From: Utricularia gibba
Lineage: Eukaryota > Plantae > Magnoliophyta
Length of the DNA stretch: 64,000 bases
Direction: 5' to 3'
Assembly: GCA_002189035.1 (NCBI GenBank)
Contig: NEEC01000020.1
Coordinates: 124,001-188,000 of the forward strand
Below the pieces are notes generated by a model. It saw only the letters and a program-made list of their open reading frames with translations. It was not told where the DNA came from and ran no database searches. This document shows positions 51,534-63,092 of the stretch, piece by piece. Made by a program: the position numbers and the translations under genes. Within the stretch, counting starts at the first letter, position 1. Every line of letters starts with the position of its first letter.

Positions 51534-54500
51534 ATGTATAGGTTGGCTGTGTCTCGCGCGAGGGCTCTGAAGGTTTTCACCTGGATTGTTTTTCTACAAT
51601 GCTTGATAACCGTGTTGCGACACGTCAATTTGTCACTCTGATGGATATTTGCGATGGGCTTTTTATTGGATTTGGATCTGATTTTATGGGATGATTTCAA
51701 TGTTTATTTATGTGGGTTTTGTGTTAAGGGCGATGTTCGATTCGTCGATTCCGTGGAATTGGGATTGTATTGATTTTAGAATCTTTTTGTCTGGTTTTCT
51801 TGGTCACTTGGTAGTTTTTTTTTTTTTTTTTTTGTTAAGGAAGAGGGCTTAGTGTTTTTTCTCCTTGGATTGCTACGGTCGCACTTGCCATGTGGTGTGA
51901 GTCGTCTAGATTATATGAAATATGCGGTTTTTAGAGTTCTAACCAATATGGTGTTATAACGAGCAGACGCCTAGTGATTATTTGAATGCGGCTTCTGAAC
52001 CATCGATTTCTATCCAACTCTCTATCTTTTCCATTCTTCTAAGAGTACAGATTATAAAAATGATCAGGCTGATTTTTATAAGTATAACTTTGTCACTTGT
52101 GTATTTTAATTTTTGTATGCAGAGCCAAGATGGTTTCAGGACATTGACTAGGTTTGCTAGTACTACAGCTGTGGGGAGCAAGTTGTCATCTCCAGGATTG
52201 TTTGGTTGGCTGACAGGGGAGAATTTATCATCGGTTCCTCCACTAGACTTCCCTCTTAAGGATGTTGTCCTTCCTCCTCCATTGCCTGACTATGTTGAAC
52301 CTGGAAAGACGAAGATAACCACACTTTCTAACGGTTTTAGAATAGCATCTGAGTCATCAGAGGTAGGTGACAATTTAGTAATTTTGATTAAAAAAGGCAC
52401 GGTTATCTTTTGGTCGAACAGGATTTTGATTTATTAAGCTATCTGATCAGAACCCTGCAGCATCAATTGGTTTATATGTTGACTGCGGTCCAATCTATGA
52501 GACCCCGGAGACATATGGGGTCACCCATCTCTTGGAGCGCATGGCTTTCAAGAGTACCACTAATAGGAGCCACTTGCGTACTGTACGTGAAGTTGAGGCA
52601 GTTGGTGGCAATGTGACGGCATCAATCACACGAGAGCATATTAGTTACTCCTATGATGCATTGAAGACCTATGTTCCTCAAATGGTTGAACTTCTTATTG
52701 ACTCTGTGAGGAACCCAGCTTTTCTGGATTGGGAAGTTAATGAGCAGGTGTATTTTTTTTTCTCTTGACATGGATTGATTTCATGTTATATTCATAATTT
52801 GACTTGCAAGTAAAATATTTTCAGATAAGTAAGCTGAAAGCTGACGTAAGTGAATCTGCCAAGAACCCTCAGCACCTTCTTTTGGAGGCTATTCATTCAA
52901 CGGGGTATTCTGGACCTTATGCTAATTCTCTTGTAGCTTTAGAATCAGCAATTGGAAATTTGAATAGCTCTGTATTGGAAGATTTCGTCTATGTGAGTTT
53001 TACCTATCTGAAATCTTTTATTTAAGAACTGGTGGTTCATTCAGACTCTTCTCATTTAACTTACTCTTGACGTCCTTGTGGTTCAGGAACACTATACTGC
53101 TCCTAGAATGGTCCTTGCTGCATCCGGTATTGACCATGAGAAACTTTTGGAATATGCAGAGCCACTAATCTCGGATCTTCCAAAAGTTCCTGTTCCACCA
53201 GAGCCAAAACCCATTTATACTGGAGGTGACTTTCGTCGTCAAGGTGATTCAGGGGTATGCATATTTGCTAACTTCGAGTAGTTGGTCATTTTGTATTCTT
53301 TGATTTGAAAACTTGGTAAATGCTTCAATTTTTCCTCAGGTGACACACTTCGCCCTTGCCTTTGAACTTCCTGGTGGGTGGATGAAGGAAAAGGATGCTA
53401 TTGTGTTAACTGTTCTTCAGGTGTTTGTATTTATCCAAATCTTTTTTCTAAATCATTTAATTCCATCCCCATGATTTTCTTGTAAAATAGTAATCTGGCA
53501 CTTTATTAAAAAGATCTTATCATGTATGTTTTCAATTGTTTGGATTCAATAGATGCTGATGGGTGGAGGAGGATCTTTCTCGGCTGGTGGTCCTGGAAAA
53601 GGAATGTACTCAAGACTGTGTAAGTGGAGACCCATCAACTTCTTGTTCTCGGAAATGGACTCTGACATTTGGATTGTTAGCCCGGAGTCTGAAATCTTCT
53701 TCTCAAATTCACTCGTCCCTATTCTGTTTTCAATTCATACCTTTATTCTAAGGAAAGTAAAATCTCTACTAATTTTTGCAGATCTTCGTGTTTTGAATGA
53801 GCATCCTCAGATTCAGTCGTTCACTGCTTTCAACAGCATTTACAATCACACTGGGTTGTTTGGTATTCAAGCTTCCACGGTAAGGAAACCTTTTAGATAC
53901 CTTTTTGTTTGAACTGTGTAGGAGATAGAGTTTACACTGGGTGAGTCAAACTTCCTTGAACGAGAATTTGTAAAAGCTTAGGCTTGGATCTCAACCAATG
54001 TTTTTTTTTTTTTTTTATGTGGTTCTTGCAGTTGTCTTTTGCATGATCCGTTTATTGTGATCTTCCTCTGAGCTTGTTCTTTGAGATGGTGATTGGTGAT
54101 GGGATATTTTCTAATTTATTGAAAGTATAATGAAATTTGAGGATTATGAGAAGGCGTTTTCTAATCACCTGTGCAAACAAGATGCCTCGCTGGCCATTTT
54201 TTATGCTGTCCTTGGTTTTAGACATTGTGAAAGCCTAAAAACTGGGAGGGGCTTTTTTTTTTTTGTCTTGTGGAATACAGGGGTCTGATTTTGCGGCAAA
54301 TGCCATTGATATAGCGGTGAAAGAGCTCCTTGCTGTCGCAACTCCAGGACAAGGTTCTTAAATTTTAACCATTAGCTTATATCTAGTTTTTATCTCCCAA
54401 GCTTCCTGTCGAGTGATATAATTTGCTGAAGCTACTCGGCCTACTTTTTCATTTGCAGTTGATCAGGTTCAGCTGAGTCGTGCAAAGCAGTCGACGAAGT

Positions 54501-54990
54501 CTGCAATTTTGATGAACCTAGAATCCAGAGTACGTGTACAAGTCTTTCACACCTAATGTATGAAGGTGCATACTCATTCAGTACATTTTTTGGTATCCTT
54601 GCAGATGATTGCTTCCGAAGACATTGGAAAGCAAATACTGACGTATGGAGAGAGGTGAGCGCATTTTTATTTCAAGGTTATCGAGTATTTCCCTTTTATT
54701 ATCCAGTTAGCAGGTCATTGGTATGCGAATACATCTGCTTCCTCTGTGTCCAGGAAACCTGTGGAGCATTTTCTAAAGGCAATTGACGAAATTACAGCTC
54801 AAGACATTTACAAAACGGCACAAAAGCTAATATCATCACCTCTAACGATGGCATCATATGGGGATGGTAATAACTCCAAGCAGTTGCGTAACCACTACTT
54901 GTTGCAAAGTGTTTTATGATTATTTTTGTTTGGACAGTGCTTCATCTTCCAAGCTATGCTGATATCAGCAGCAGGTTCCCTTCAAAATGA
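51534..54990 (+). CDS. MPPA: Mitochondrial processing peptidase alpha subunit (M16 family)
   Basis: MYRLAVSRARALK, KTKITTLSNG, GVTHLLERMAFKST, glycine loop LMGGGGSFSAGGPGKGMYSRL, AKQSTKSAILMNLESR, EDIGKQILTYGER. Confidence 0.97.
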
Positions 54991-55720
54991 ACGCCTACAC
55001 CCCTTTTGACCAACCGGAAGCTTCGCTCCGTAAAGCCCCCTTCTTTTGATGTTTTGTGTTACATGGAAATAAGTGGTGCATTGGATACTAAACCAAAGCG
55101 TAAGTTAGCGTTGGATTTTCCATCCCTGTTCAGTGTATGCTTCTGAAGTCAGCATTCTTGTTTCTTCTGTGCAAACAGTTGAAATCTGACTCTGAAAAAT
55201 CTTACTTGCTGTTTATCATAATCTTGGAATGCAACTTGCGCAGCTTTAGTGAAGCCGTTGCTTCCCCACTGTCTTCAGTTACCACCCTTCATTCATAAAT
55301 GGCATTGAACTACGTAACTTGAAAAACCGTATTCATTTATTCTCCTTGCTTTAAGTTTTCAAGGGATCATTACAGGGCCTCGAGGGCACGGCACAAGATC
55401 GACAAAAAGGATATTTCTGCTGCTTGTAGAAACACTATCCACAAAATTCACCCTCGGGGAGCATCATCAAGTAATCAGCTTGGTGGTCACCGTGTTTCGT
55501 TGTAGGCCTGTCATCTTTATGACTTTGACCCCAAGAATGCGTCTCCACCAAGCGTTTTCCTGATTATTTACACAAGTTGACACAGGTTAAGGACATGAAT
55601 TCAAGAATGCATCCCTTTAGCTTGAGTAGACCCGGGAAGTTGCGACTCGGCTTGTTTGTGTCGAAGCCTATGCGGATACGTTCTGAAGCCAGACCACATT
55701 TGCGAATGGCGATCTTGTTT

Positions 55721-58130
55721 TCAGGGTGCCACAAGTAGCAATACTGTTGCCATCAAAGGCAGGAGAGCCCAGCTGTTGTAGGTAATGGCATTGACAGAGG
55801 CTGCAAGAAGGTACATTGCTGAGTAACATAGAAGCAAATACAGTTTGAGGCTGTGTATAACCACATGATCATAAAACAGAGATGCACATGGAGATTCTAC
55901 CATTTCGGAACAATTTTTTTTAAAAAAAAATTACACGACTCTCTAATCAAACGATGTTGAATGATACGGATGACAGGACTGTTGATCAAGTACAGCACAT
56001 GATTCACAGAGAGCAAAAGTCATTGCAAGGGAGAATTTACTCACATGAGGACGGTAATTGTGATACTCCTGGTGCGGGAACGAGACGTCTTGCATGTTCA
56101 TCACCAGTAGACAGGGAATGACCACTAGCGTGCACAGGGATTTGTGGACTGGCTGCCGGAGCCGGAGAGAGACTGGGGGCTAGATGCTTTTTTCTATTCA
56201 GGTATGATGAGGAAGCAGATGGTGCAAGGTGAGGATCTGTGTTGTGATTACCTGGAGGCCTACTTTTACCTCCATGATGACAGGCTTGAGGAGGTGGTGC
56301 TTCATTCCTTGTGTACGCCGGTGACAAGTGTTGGCCTTGCCGGTGTATATGTCCTCCATGTGAAGGTAAAGGTGCAAAACTAGGAGTGTGACTTGAATCA
56401 TGATGATGGTAGTGGTTGTGATTGTGCTCGTGGTGGTGGTGGTTTTTTGATGCAGAAGGAGAGGAAGGGGATGGTGATGGTGCACCACCATCTCGTCCCA
56501 GAATAGATGACAGGCTGATTTGCTTAACCCGCCCAAATACAGTGTTGTTCAGACCAAGATTCTTCGAGTGAGAATCAGTTATGGTTTGAGCTAACTGCTT
56601 TAGCCTTGACTGAGAAGGATTAATACCCACTGCCAAGAGAACTTCAGAAATGACCTTCGTAGGTGGAGCAACAGTTGAGCCTTTCTGATTGGTAAGGCTA
56701 ATGTACAAATTCTGCAAACCAAGAAAGGAATTGGCATTAAGGAATTTTCCCATCAAAAGGTGCGCTACAAGACACAAAAGAAAAGGAACCACGTACTTCA
56801 TAAGAAGCAAGATGCAAGCCCCTTCTCAGCTGGTTGCTGAGTTGATCAAAGTTTCCCAGTATCTCATCAATGGAGAAGTTCAATGTGAAGTTGAATAAGA
56901 TCTGAACACTCTGCAACAGGAAGGCCTTCTGTACAGGACTAACTGTAAGCCCACCTTTGAACTTTAAAACCTCAAAGGAAAATGGATCCCCAAACAATGA
57001 TGCAGTCAAATGAAGTGATGACTGTTGAGTAACCAAAGACATGAAAGACGAACGAATTAAACTTCGAGTAGTCGAATCCGCCTTAACAGCAAAGACGACT
57101 GCAGTCAAGTTTGGTCCAGAAAAGGAATGTAATGATAGTATTTGTACCTACATTCAATAAAAGAGGTCACTTAACATCAAGAGAGAGCAAAGAAAACCTC
57201 CTGATTGCATAAAAAAACAAGAAAAAGTGAAATAACAAAGTGAGTTGAAAAATTTTACTTCGGTTGAGGAGAAGCTAATCTCATTAAAAATATCTTCTTG
57301 AAGCTTTGATTTCTGTTCCTCAAGGTAAAAAACCGGTTTCCTCAGCAGGAAGCGCGCCACTATATCATAACCTGAGAAACAATTTCCAAACAACTGAGCC
57401 CAAATGTCCAAATTAACATGTGCTCCAGATCACCAATACTGATATTCTTTCAATTTGCACACAAAAACTAAAAATCTTCGCATGACGATAGGTTAGCCAG
57501 TCCAGAAAAGCCGGATACCATCAACTAGCAAGAACATTCAGTAGCAGAACAGAAAACTTGCGATTAGAAGATTTCTCTCTGGGTGATACTCAGAAACACA
57601 ATCACTAATCAAATCTAAATTGTGGTGAAAAAGAAATAGGAAAGTCTCCCGCAATGGCAAGACATGTGAAAGAGTGGGATTGGATCAAAACAGAGCCACA
57701 CCAACAAACTACCACATCCCAGAAAACCAAATTTTGGAATGCACAAACATTAGAGACTTCTGCCGCCAAAGTAAAAAAAAGCAGACAAAGCATGCAGATC
57801 TATTTGCAGCAACCTGCCGACAATTCAAATGTTGCAATAACCGTCCCACAGTAGACCGAGAAAACGAAAACCCACATACGGAAATACATTAACAACCTTC
57901 ATACTCCAGATCCATAGCTTTCCGATCCCCAAAGTGGAAAAACGGCAACCAGAAAACGGCAGACAAAAACATTCCGCACCCAAGAACCAACACAAGGGCA
58001 CATCTGCAATTCACCCACTTTCCAATCCTTGCCCAGCTGACGCAGCATCCACCACCCACTCCTGCACGAGTATTCCACTCCCGCACATCCGCTGCACTGG
58101 GCAAGGCCTGCTCCCCTCCGGCTTCCCCAT
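55721..58130 (-). CDS. Uncharacterised His/Pro-rich (hydroxyproline-rich glycoprotein-like) membrane protein, At3g10810/At3g56590-like by recollection
   Basis: N-terminal TM RCALVLVLGCGMFLSAVFWLPFF, LFGDPFSFEVLKFKGGLTV, LLQSVQILFNFTLNFSI, GLNNTVFGRVKQISLSS, poly-His and SPSP tracts, hydrophobic C-tail. One apparent -1 G at 58113-58116. Confidence 0.8.
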
Positions 58131-58699
58131 TGCAAAAATCTCAGTAATGCAGGTACGATCCCCCGTCCGAAACCATTATTGATGTGGTGTGATGAAAGAG
58201 AAACCGCAGCTACATTTGTTGGATAGGAAACTAGAGGAAAGTGAAAGGAAAAGCCTTTGGGGTGGGATAATTTAATTAGGGTTTGGAATTTGGGGACGGA
58301 GAGAGTGCACTGGTGCAGTTCATCAGTCACTTTTCCTCCAAGCTTTGACTTGATTAAAGAATGCAAACAAAAGACTTGTTGCTGTCATCTTACTATTTTT
58401 AATATTTATTTAGTAAAAAAATATCCCATAATTAGAAATATATATATATATATTCAATTAATAATTGAAACATTTCAGGAAAATTAGGTACACATTATCC
58501 TAATTTTTTTCAAAATTATACAAAATTGATCCTCATAATTTCAAAACTTAATTTTGATAAATTATTTCGATAAACAATTTAACATAAATAATTGATAGGC
58601 AAAGTTCCCATGAAAGGGTGAAGTCAAGGAAGGCAAAAATGATACCAAAGAGTTGCAAGAAGCAAACTAAACAAGTTTGCAGCCAAATTTGGTTCAGAA

Positions 58700-59643
58700 T
58701 CACTTGGCCATCATCACCTTGACAAACTCTTCATAGTTGATTTGGCCATCACCATCCACATCTGCTTCCCTGATCATTTCATCAACCTCTTCATCAGTGA
58801 GCTTTTCCCCCAGATTAGTCATCACGTGGCGCAATTCTTCGGCGGAGATGAACCCATTCTGATCCTTGTCGAACACACGGAATGCTTCCTTCAGCTCTTC
58901 CTCCGAGTCTGTGTCCTTCATTTTCCTTGCCATGAGGTTCAGAAATTCAGGGAAGTCGATGGTTCCATTGCCGTCTGCGTCCACTTCATTGATCATGTCC
59001 TGCAGCTCGGCCTCGGTTGGATTCTGCCCCAGGGATCTCATCACCGTTCCAAGTTCCTTCGTGGTGATGCTACCTGTGAAAAAAAAAAATCCAGCTCCAG
59101 TTTCATGATCTCTAATGCGCACTATCTTTTTGGGCTCACATGAAGTGAAGCATCATTGTGTATTTAGGCACATACACATTGACATCATCTATAGAACCCG
59201 AATCATCAAGGAGAACTTCACTCCACATTCTTTACTACCTTCTCCATCTAGAGTCCTACTCATCCAAAGTTGCTAAATTTGCATACGAATCCGTCACCAA
59301 ATTACCATTAATCAGTTTAAAGCCAGATTAAACTACTTTACAGGCAAGTGAATCTCCGAAAATCTGCATTCATTGTTCACCAAGTTGTATCAAGGCAAAA
59401 TGCCATAGGGTATATACATAATCACCTTCACAATCCAAGTAAATGCACCAGATCTCACATCGAATTCATGAATTCCGCATCCGGTAAGCATTTCCAACCA
59501 AAAGCATTTCAAAACCTCATTCAAGGAGGATTATAAAAGGTAATGAATAAACTAAAATTGATCTGACCATCGCCATCCTTGTCGAAAAGGCTGAACGCCT
59601 CCTTGAACTCGGAGATCTGGTCATCGGTAAGCTGATCCGCCAT
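58700..59643 (-). CDS. CAM: Calmodulin, 149 aa, 2 exons
   Basis: Exon 1 59643-59568 (76 nt, classical intron after DKDGDG), exon 2 59073-58700. Four EF hands; ends FVKVMMAK*. Confidence 0.99.
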
Positions 59644-59989
59644 TTTTCTCCGAAGCACACCTGAAGATCGCCGACCTCTGCGCCCGAAGTTGAAGAAGCG
59701 TACGTACACCAATAATTTCGAATTTTAACGAAATTAAGGAATATTTATATATACAGCGTAGAAGGGTGTTTTGGTAAAATCACGCATCCTCTCCATTCTT
59801 CCACGAAGCCAAATCAATCATGACTAGTGACTGTTGGCAGCCCTGCAGATTCTTGGACCGAGAAAAGGTAAAGTAGAAGACGACGGGCGAGGCGAGTCAG
59901 TCAACAAACGCGTAGCGGAAGAAAAAGGGGAAAGGCAAGTATTTTGAATCGGAAAAGTAGAGCCGGGGAACCAAAGGAGCGAGATTGCG

Positions 59990-61109
59990 ATGATGGGTTT
60001 CAGAGATTTGGTCCTGGTTCTTGCTCTAACCAGTGTCGTCTCTACGCTGCCCAAGGGTCTTTCGAATTTGGAGGGCGACGCACTCTACGCGTTCCGGCAG
60101 AGCTTGTCCGATCCCGATAAGGTGCTTCAGAGCTGGGATCCGAATCTGGTTTGCCCCTGTACCTGGTTCCATGTGACCTGCAACCAAGACAATCGTGTCA
60201 CTCGCTTGTATGTTTTTGTTTTCGTGCTTAAATTGGTGTAGCCCTATGTTTACGTTGTGGGTTTGTTTTGCTATTGGGACCATGTGAGGAATTTCTTTTC
60301 TTTATTGTATCTGTTTATGCTGTTTTGTTAACAGGGATCTTGGGAACTCAAACTTGTCTGGTCATCTAGTCCCGGAGCTTGGGAAGCTCGAGCATCTTCA
60401 GTATCTGTAAGATTTTCAAGCCTCATATTTTTTGTGTCCTTTACTGATACGTGCATATGGTGTTGCATTGTTCATACCGGTTAGTGTGGTTTTTGGCATG
60501 GCTATTTTTGCAGTGAGCTTTACAAGAACAACATCCAAGGTTCAATTCCTGCCGAGCTAGGGAAACTAAAGAGCTTAATCAGCTTGGACCTTTACAACAA
60601 CAACATCTCAGGGAAGATACCCCCATCTCTTGGGAACTTGAAATCTCTAGTCTTTCTGTAAGTCTCCAGTGTGATATCTGTTCTCTTGGTTTCAGCCTTG
60701 TTGCATTGCAATATAAACTGTTCCTTGACTTGGACAGACGTGTTAATGATAATCAGCTCACTGGTCCGATCCCCAGAGAGCTTGCCAGCATACCAAGCTT
60801 GAAAGTTTTGTAAGTGTGAACCATTTATTGTGCTGGTTTTTTCACTTTTTGTATTTCTACTCATCATGATGTTCTGCAGGGATGTCTCAAACAACAATCT
60901 CTGCGGCACGATACCAACTACTGGATCCTTTGAGCACTTTCCTTTGAGCAAGTAAGACCATGAGCTCTTCTTTGAAAACAGAACAGTCCCATTAACCCTC
61001 CGGTTTTTCAATGATGCTTACATTGCCAATTTCCAGCTTTGAAAACAATCCTCGACTCGAAGGTCCGGAGCTTCGGGGACTCGCAACCTACGAGACCAAC
61101 TGCTCTTAG
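59990..61109 (+). CDS. Secreted leucine-rich repeat protein (SERK-ectodomain-like LRR, no kinase domain), 6 exons
   Basis: Signal peptide; [48 protein letters not shown]; LRR exons [24 protein letters not shown] and [16 protein letters not shown]; ends [23 protein letters not shown]. Confidence 0.92.
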
Positions 61110-62056
61110 AAGATTGATAGGTACATTGCTGGTGGTTACCTATTTTTGCAAGTTTGTTCTATTCTACTTGGAAGCCAAGGTCTGAAAGACTTGCTTGTGC
61201 TGGATGATGACTATCAGTTACCTGTGCGTAATGTATGCTGTTTTTAGCTCGTTCCATCAAGTAGTGTCTTGATTGTATTGAAATTTGAACTGAAACGACA
61301 GAAACAGTGCATGTAATGGAAAATGTAAGCATTTCGAGTATGAAGCAATCCCACATCTGTTTAGGGGAAGACAAGTAAGATAACTTCAAGGAGGCAGAAT
61401 AGCTGAGCAAAACATTCAACATTCGGTTTCCACCATTCCATTTTTTTTCCAGTTTTAGCTTTTGCTTCATGAGGATTTGAACATAGGTCAGCTTGATTGC
61501 TCAGTTTGTGTATCTACAGTTTTTTCCATCAACAGCCCACACCAGGAACTTCGGAGCCGACCGGCTCGAGACATGAATCACCCCTTTTGTAACTCGCGGG
61601 GGCCTTTAGCATCACACTTTCTAGAATTGAATGGAATGCGCAATGACTCGGACGACCTCCAGGAGGATTTCCCGGCTCCGCCGCCGGTGGGCATATTTCT
61701 GGGATATGCAATGATAGAGAGAGGTTAAATTGAACCCAAACCCCTTTTTCATACATGCAAACTTGGATATGGAAGGCTATTACCTACAGGCTACAGGCTT
61801 ACTCGATTACAGGTTGACTATCAGTGTTGAAAGCTTCCTCTTGAATCAACGTAAGCTTACCAAATGAATAAATAGTAAAACGGAACAGGGTGGCATGCAT
61901 CAGTGGAGAGTAAGTTCAACAGGCAGACAAGAACTGTAGTAAGAGGTGAAGAGAAGCAACCATCTCCTTCACGAGACTGCTGCTGGCTCTGCATCTTCAT
62001 CATGCAGTGTTTTCCTAAAGTGCGGCCAACAGGGAACAGCCTTCTTACCTCCCAAT

Positions 62057-62959
62057 TCAGATATGGCCACGGCCACCACATTGGGAGCACATTATATTCC
62101 CAGTGCCTCCCCAACCTGCACAAGACAGCAGGCATAACCAAAAGCAGGCACTAAAATGGTATTTTTGGGCACCAAGGTGAATAGATCAATAGCAAAACTG
62201 TCGAGAGTTCAGAGTGAAGAGGTTTTTCTCATACTTCTTGCACCTCAATTGACTGATACAAACACACTTCAGTGAGCTCGGTTAAGGGAAGTGTGCATAA
62301 GGCTACCTAAGCATCTGACTTTCACGATGATCCCCTGACTCTCCATGATGGAGTCTATGTGGCGCAAAGAACTGCCCCTTAGCTAGGCAACCTAAGCAAC
62401 GGGATTTTTTTCCGACATTCACCTCAGGCAGGGATTACCCAACAGGCTTCTGGATTATTTCCTCCGGGATCGGTGTATCATATTGAAACAGTGATGATTC
62501 AACACTACGGTGATTCTGAAGGCATCATGCCTACAGTTTCCCTGGAGTTTAAAACTGCACCACCAAGCCTCTGAATTCGTGAGACATTGAACTTTCAGAC
62601 TTGTTACTCTTTAAGTTTACAACCCATTTTCAAGAATAAAGCTGTTTATGGAGACGAAAAAATCATAAGCAAAAAACCGAATTGATGAACCAGAGGAACC
62701 GATAGGAGCGACACCGTTGCTTTGATCACCAGAGCCAGAGCTAGGAAGAAACATACAGTTCTCCCGCAAATGGGAGTGTGACCGATTCGCAAAGAAGATT
62801 CCGTCGATGATCACCGCGGTCAAAGTCCACCGACTGATGTATTGGGCTCCTCCCTACATTCCCGAAGATTGCGTTTTTCGGGCTCCATGATTCCGAGAGC
62901 TTAACGGCCAGCGGCGCTCTCCAGTCGTGGTGTTGAACTGTTGGTTTCTCTTTCTCCAT
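62057..62959 (-). pseudogene. Decayed DnaJ-type cysteine-rich zinc-finger gene (DnaJE1, At5g17840-like by recollection)
   Basis: Exon 62515-62307 reads RSVESSLFQYDTPIPEEIIQKPVG*SLPEVNVGKKSRCLGCLAKG[A]VLCAT//IDSIMESQGIIVKVRCLG; exon 62115-62057 reads WGGTGNIMCSQCGGRGHI*. In-frame TAA at 62437-62435, missing CSGxGLY segment at 62357-62360, Cys to Trp at 62113-62111. Exon 1 (ATG 62959) is tentative. Confidence 0.8.
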
Positions 62960-63092
62960 AGTCGCGTTTCGGAATGAGCGACATCTTGGATATAAAAAAA
63001 AGATAATAAAATTGGTGTCTGCAACTGCTGAGGAAACCGGATAAGCCTGCAGAAGCAACACTTGCAAGCATTTCAAGAACAAGGAAGCGGGA

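Noticed and set aside
4986-58116. Calling TOR, HEMA, OPT, GGP, DRP3, PEPKR2 and the His/Pro-rich gene pseudogenes
   Set aside because: Every break is a single missing base in a G/C run, with no in-frame stops or decayed catalytic motifs elsewhere, and TOR is essential. Best explained as consensus error.
58742-59143. 133-aa ORF antisense to calmodulin
   Set aside because: Stop-free antisense frame typical of calmodulin codon usage; no independent evidence.
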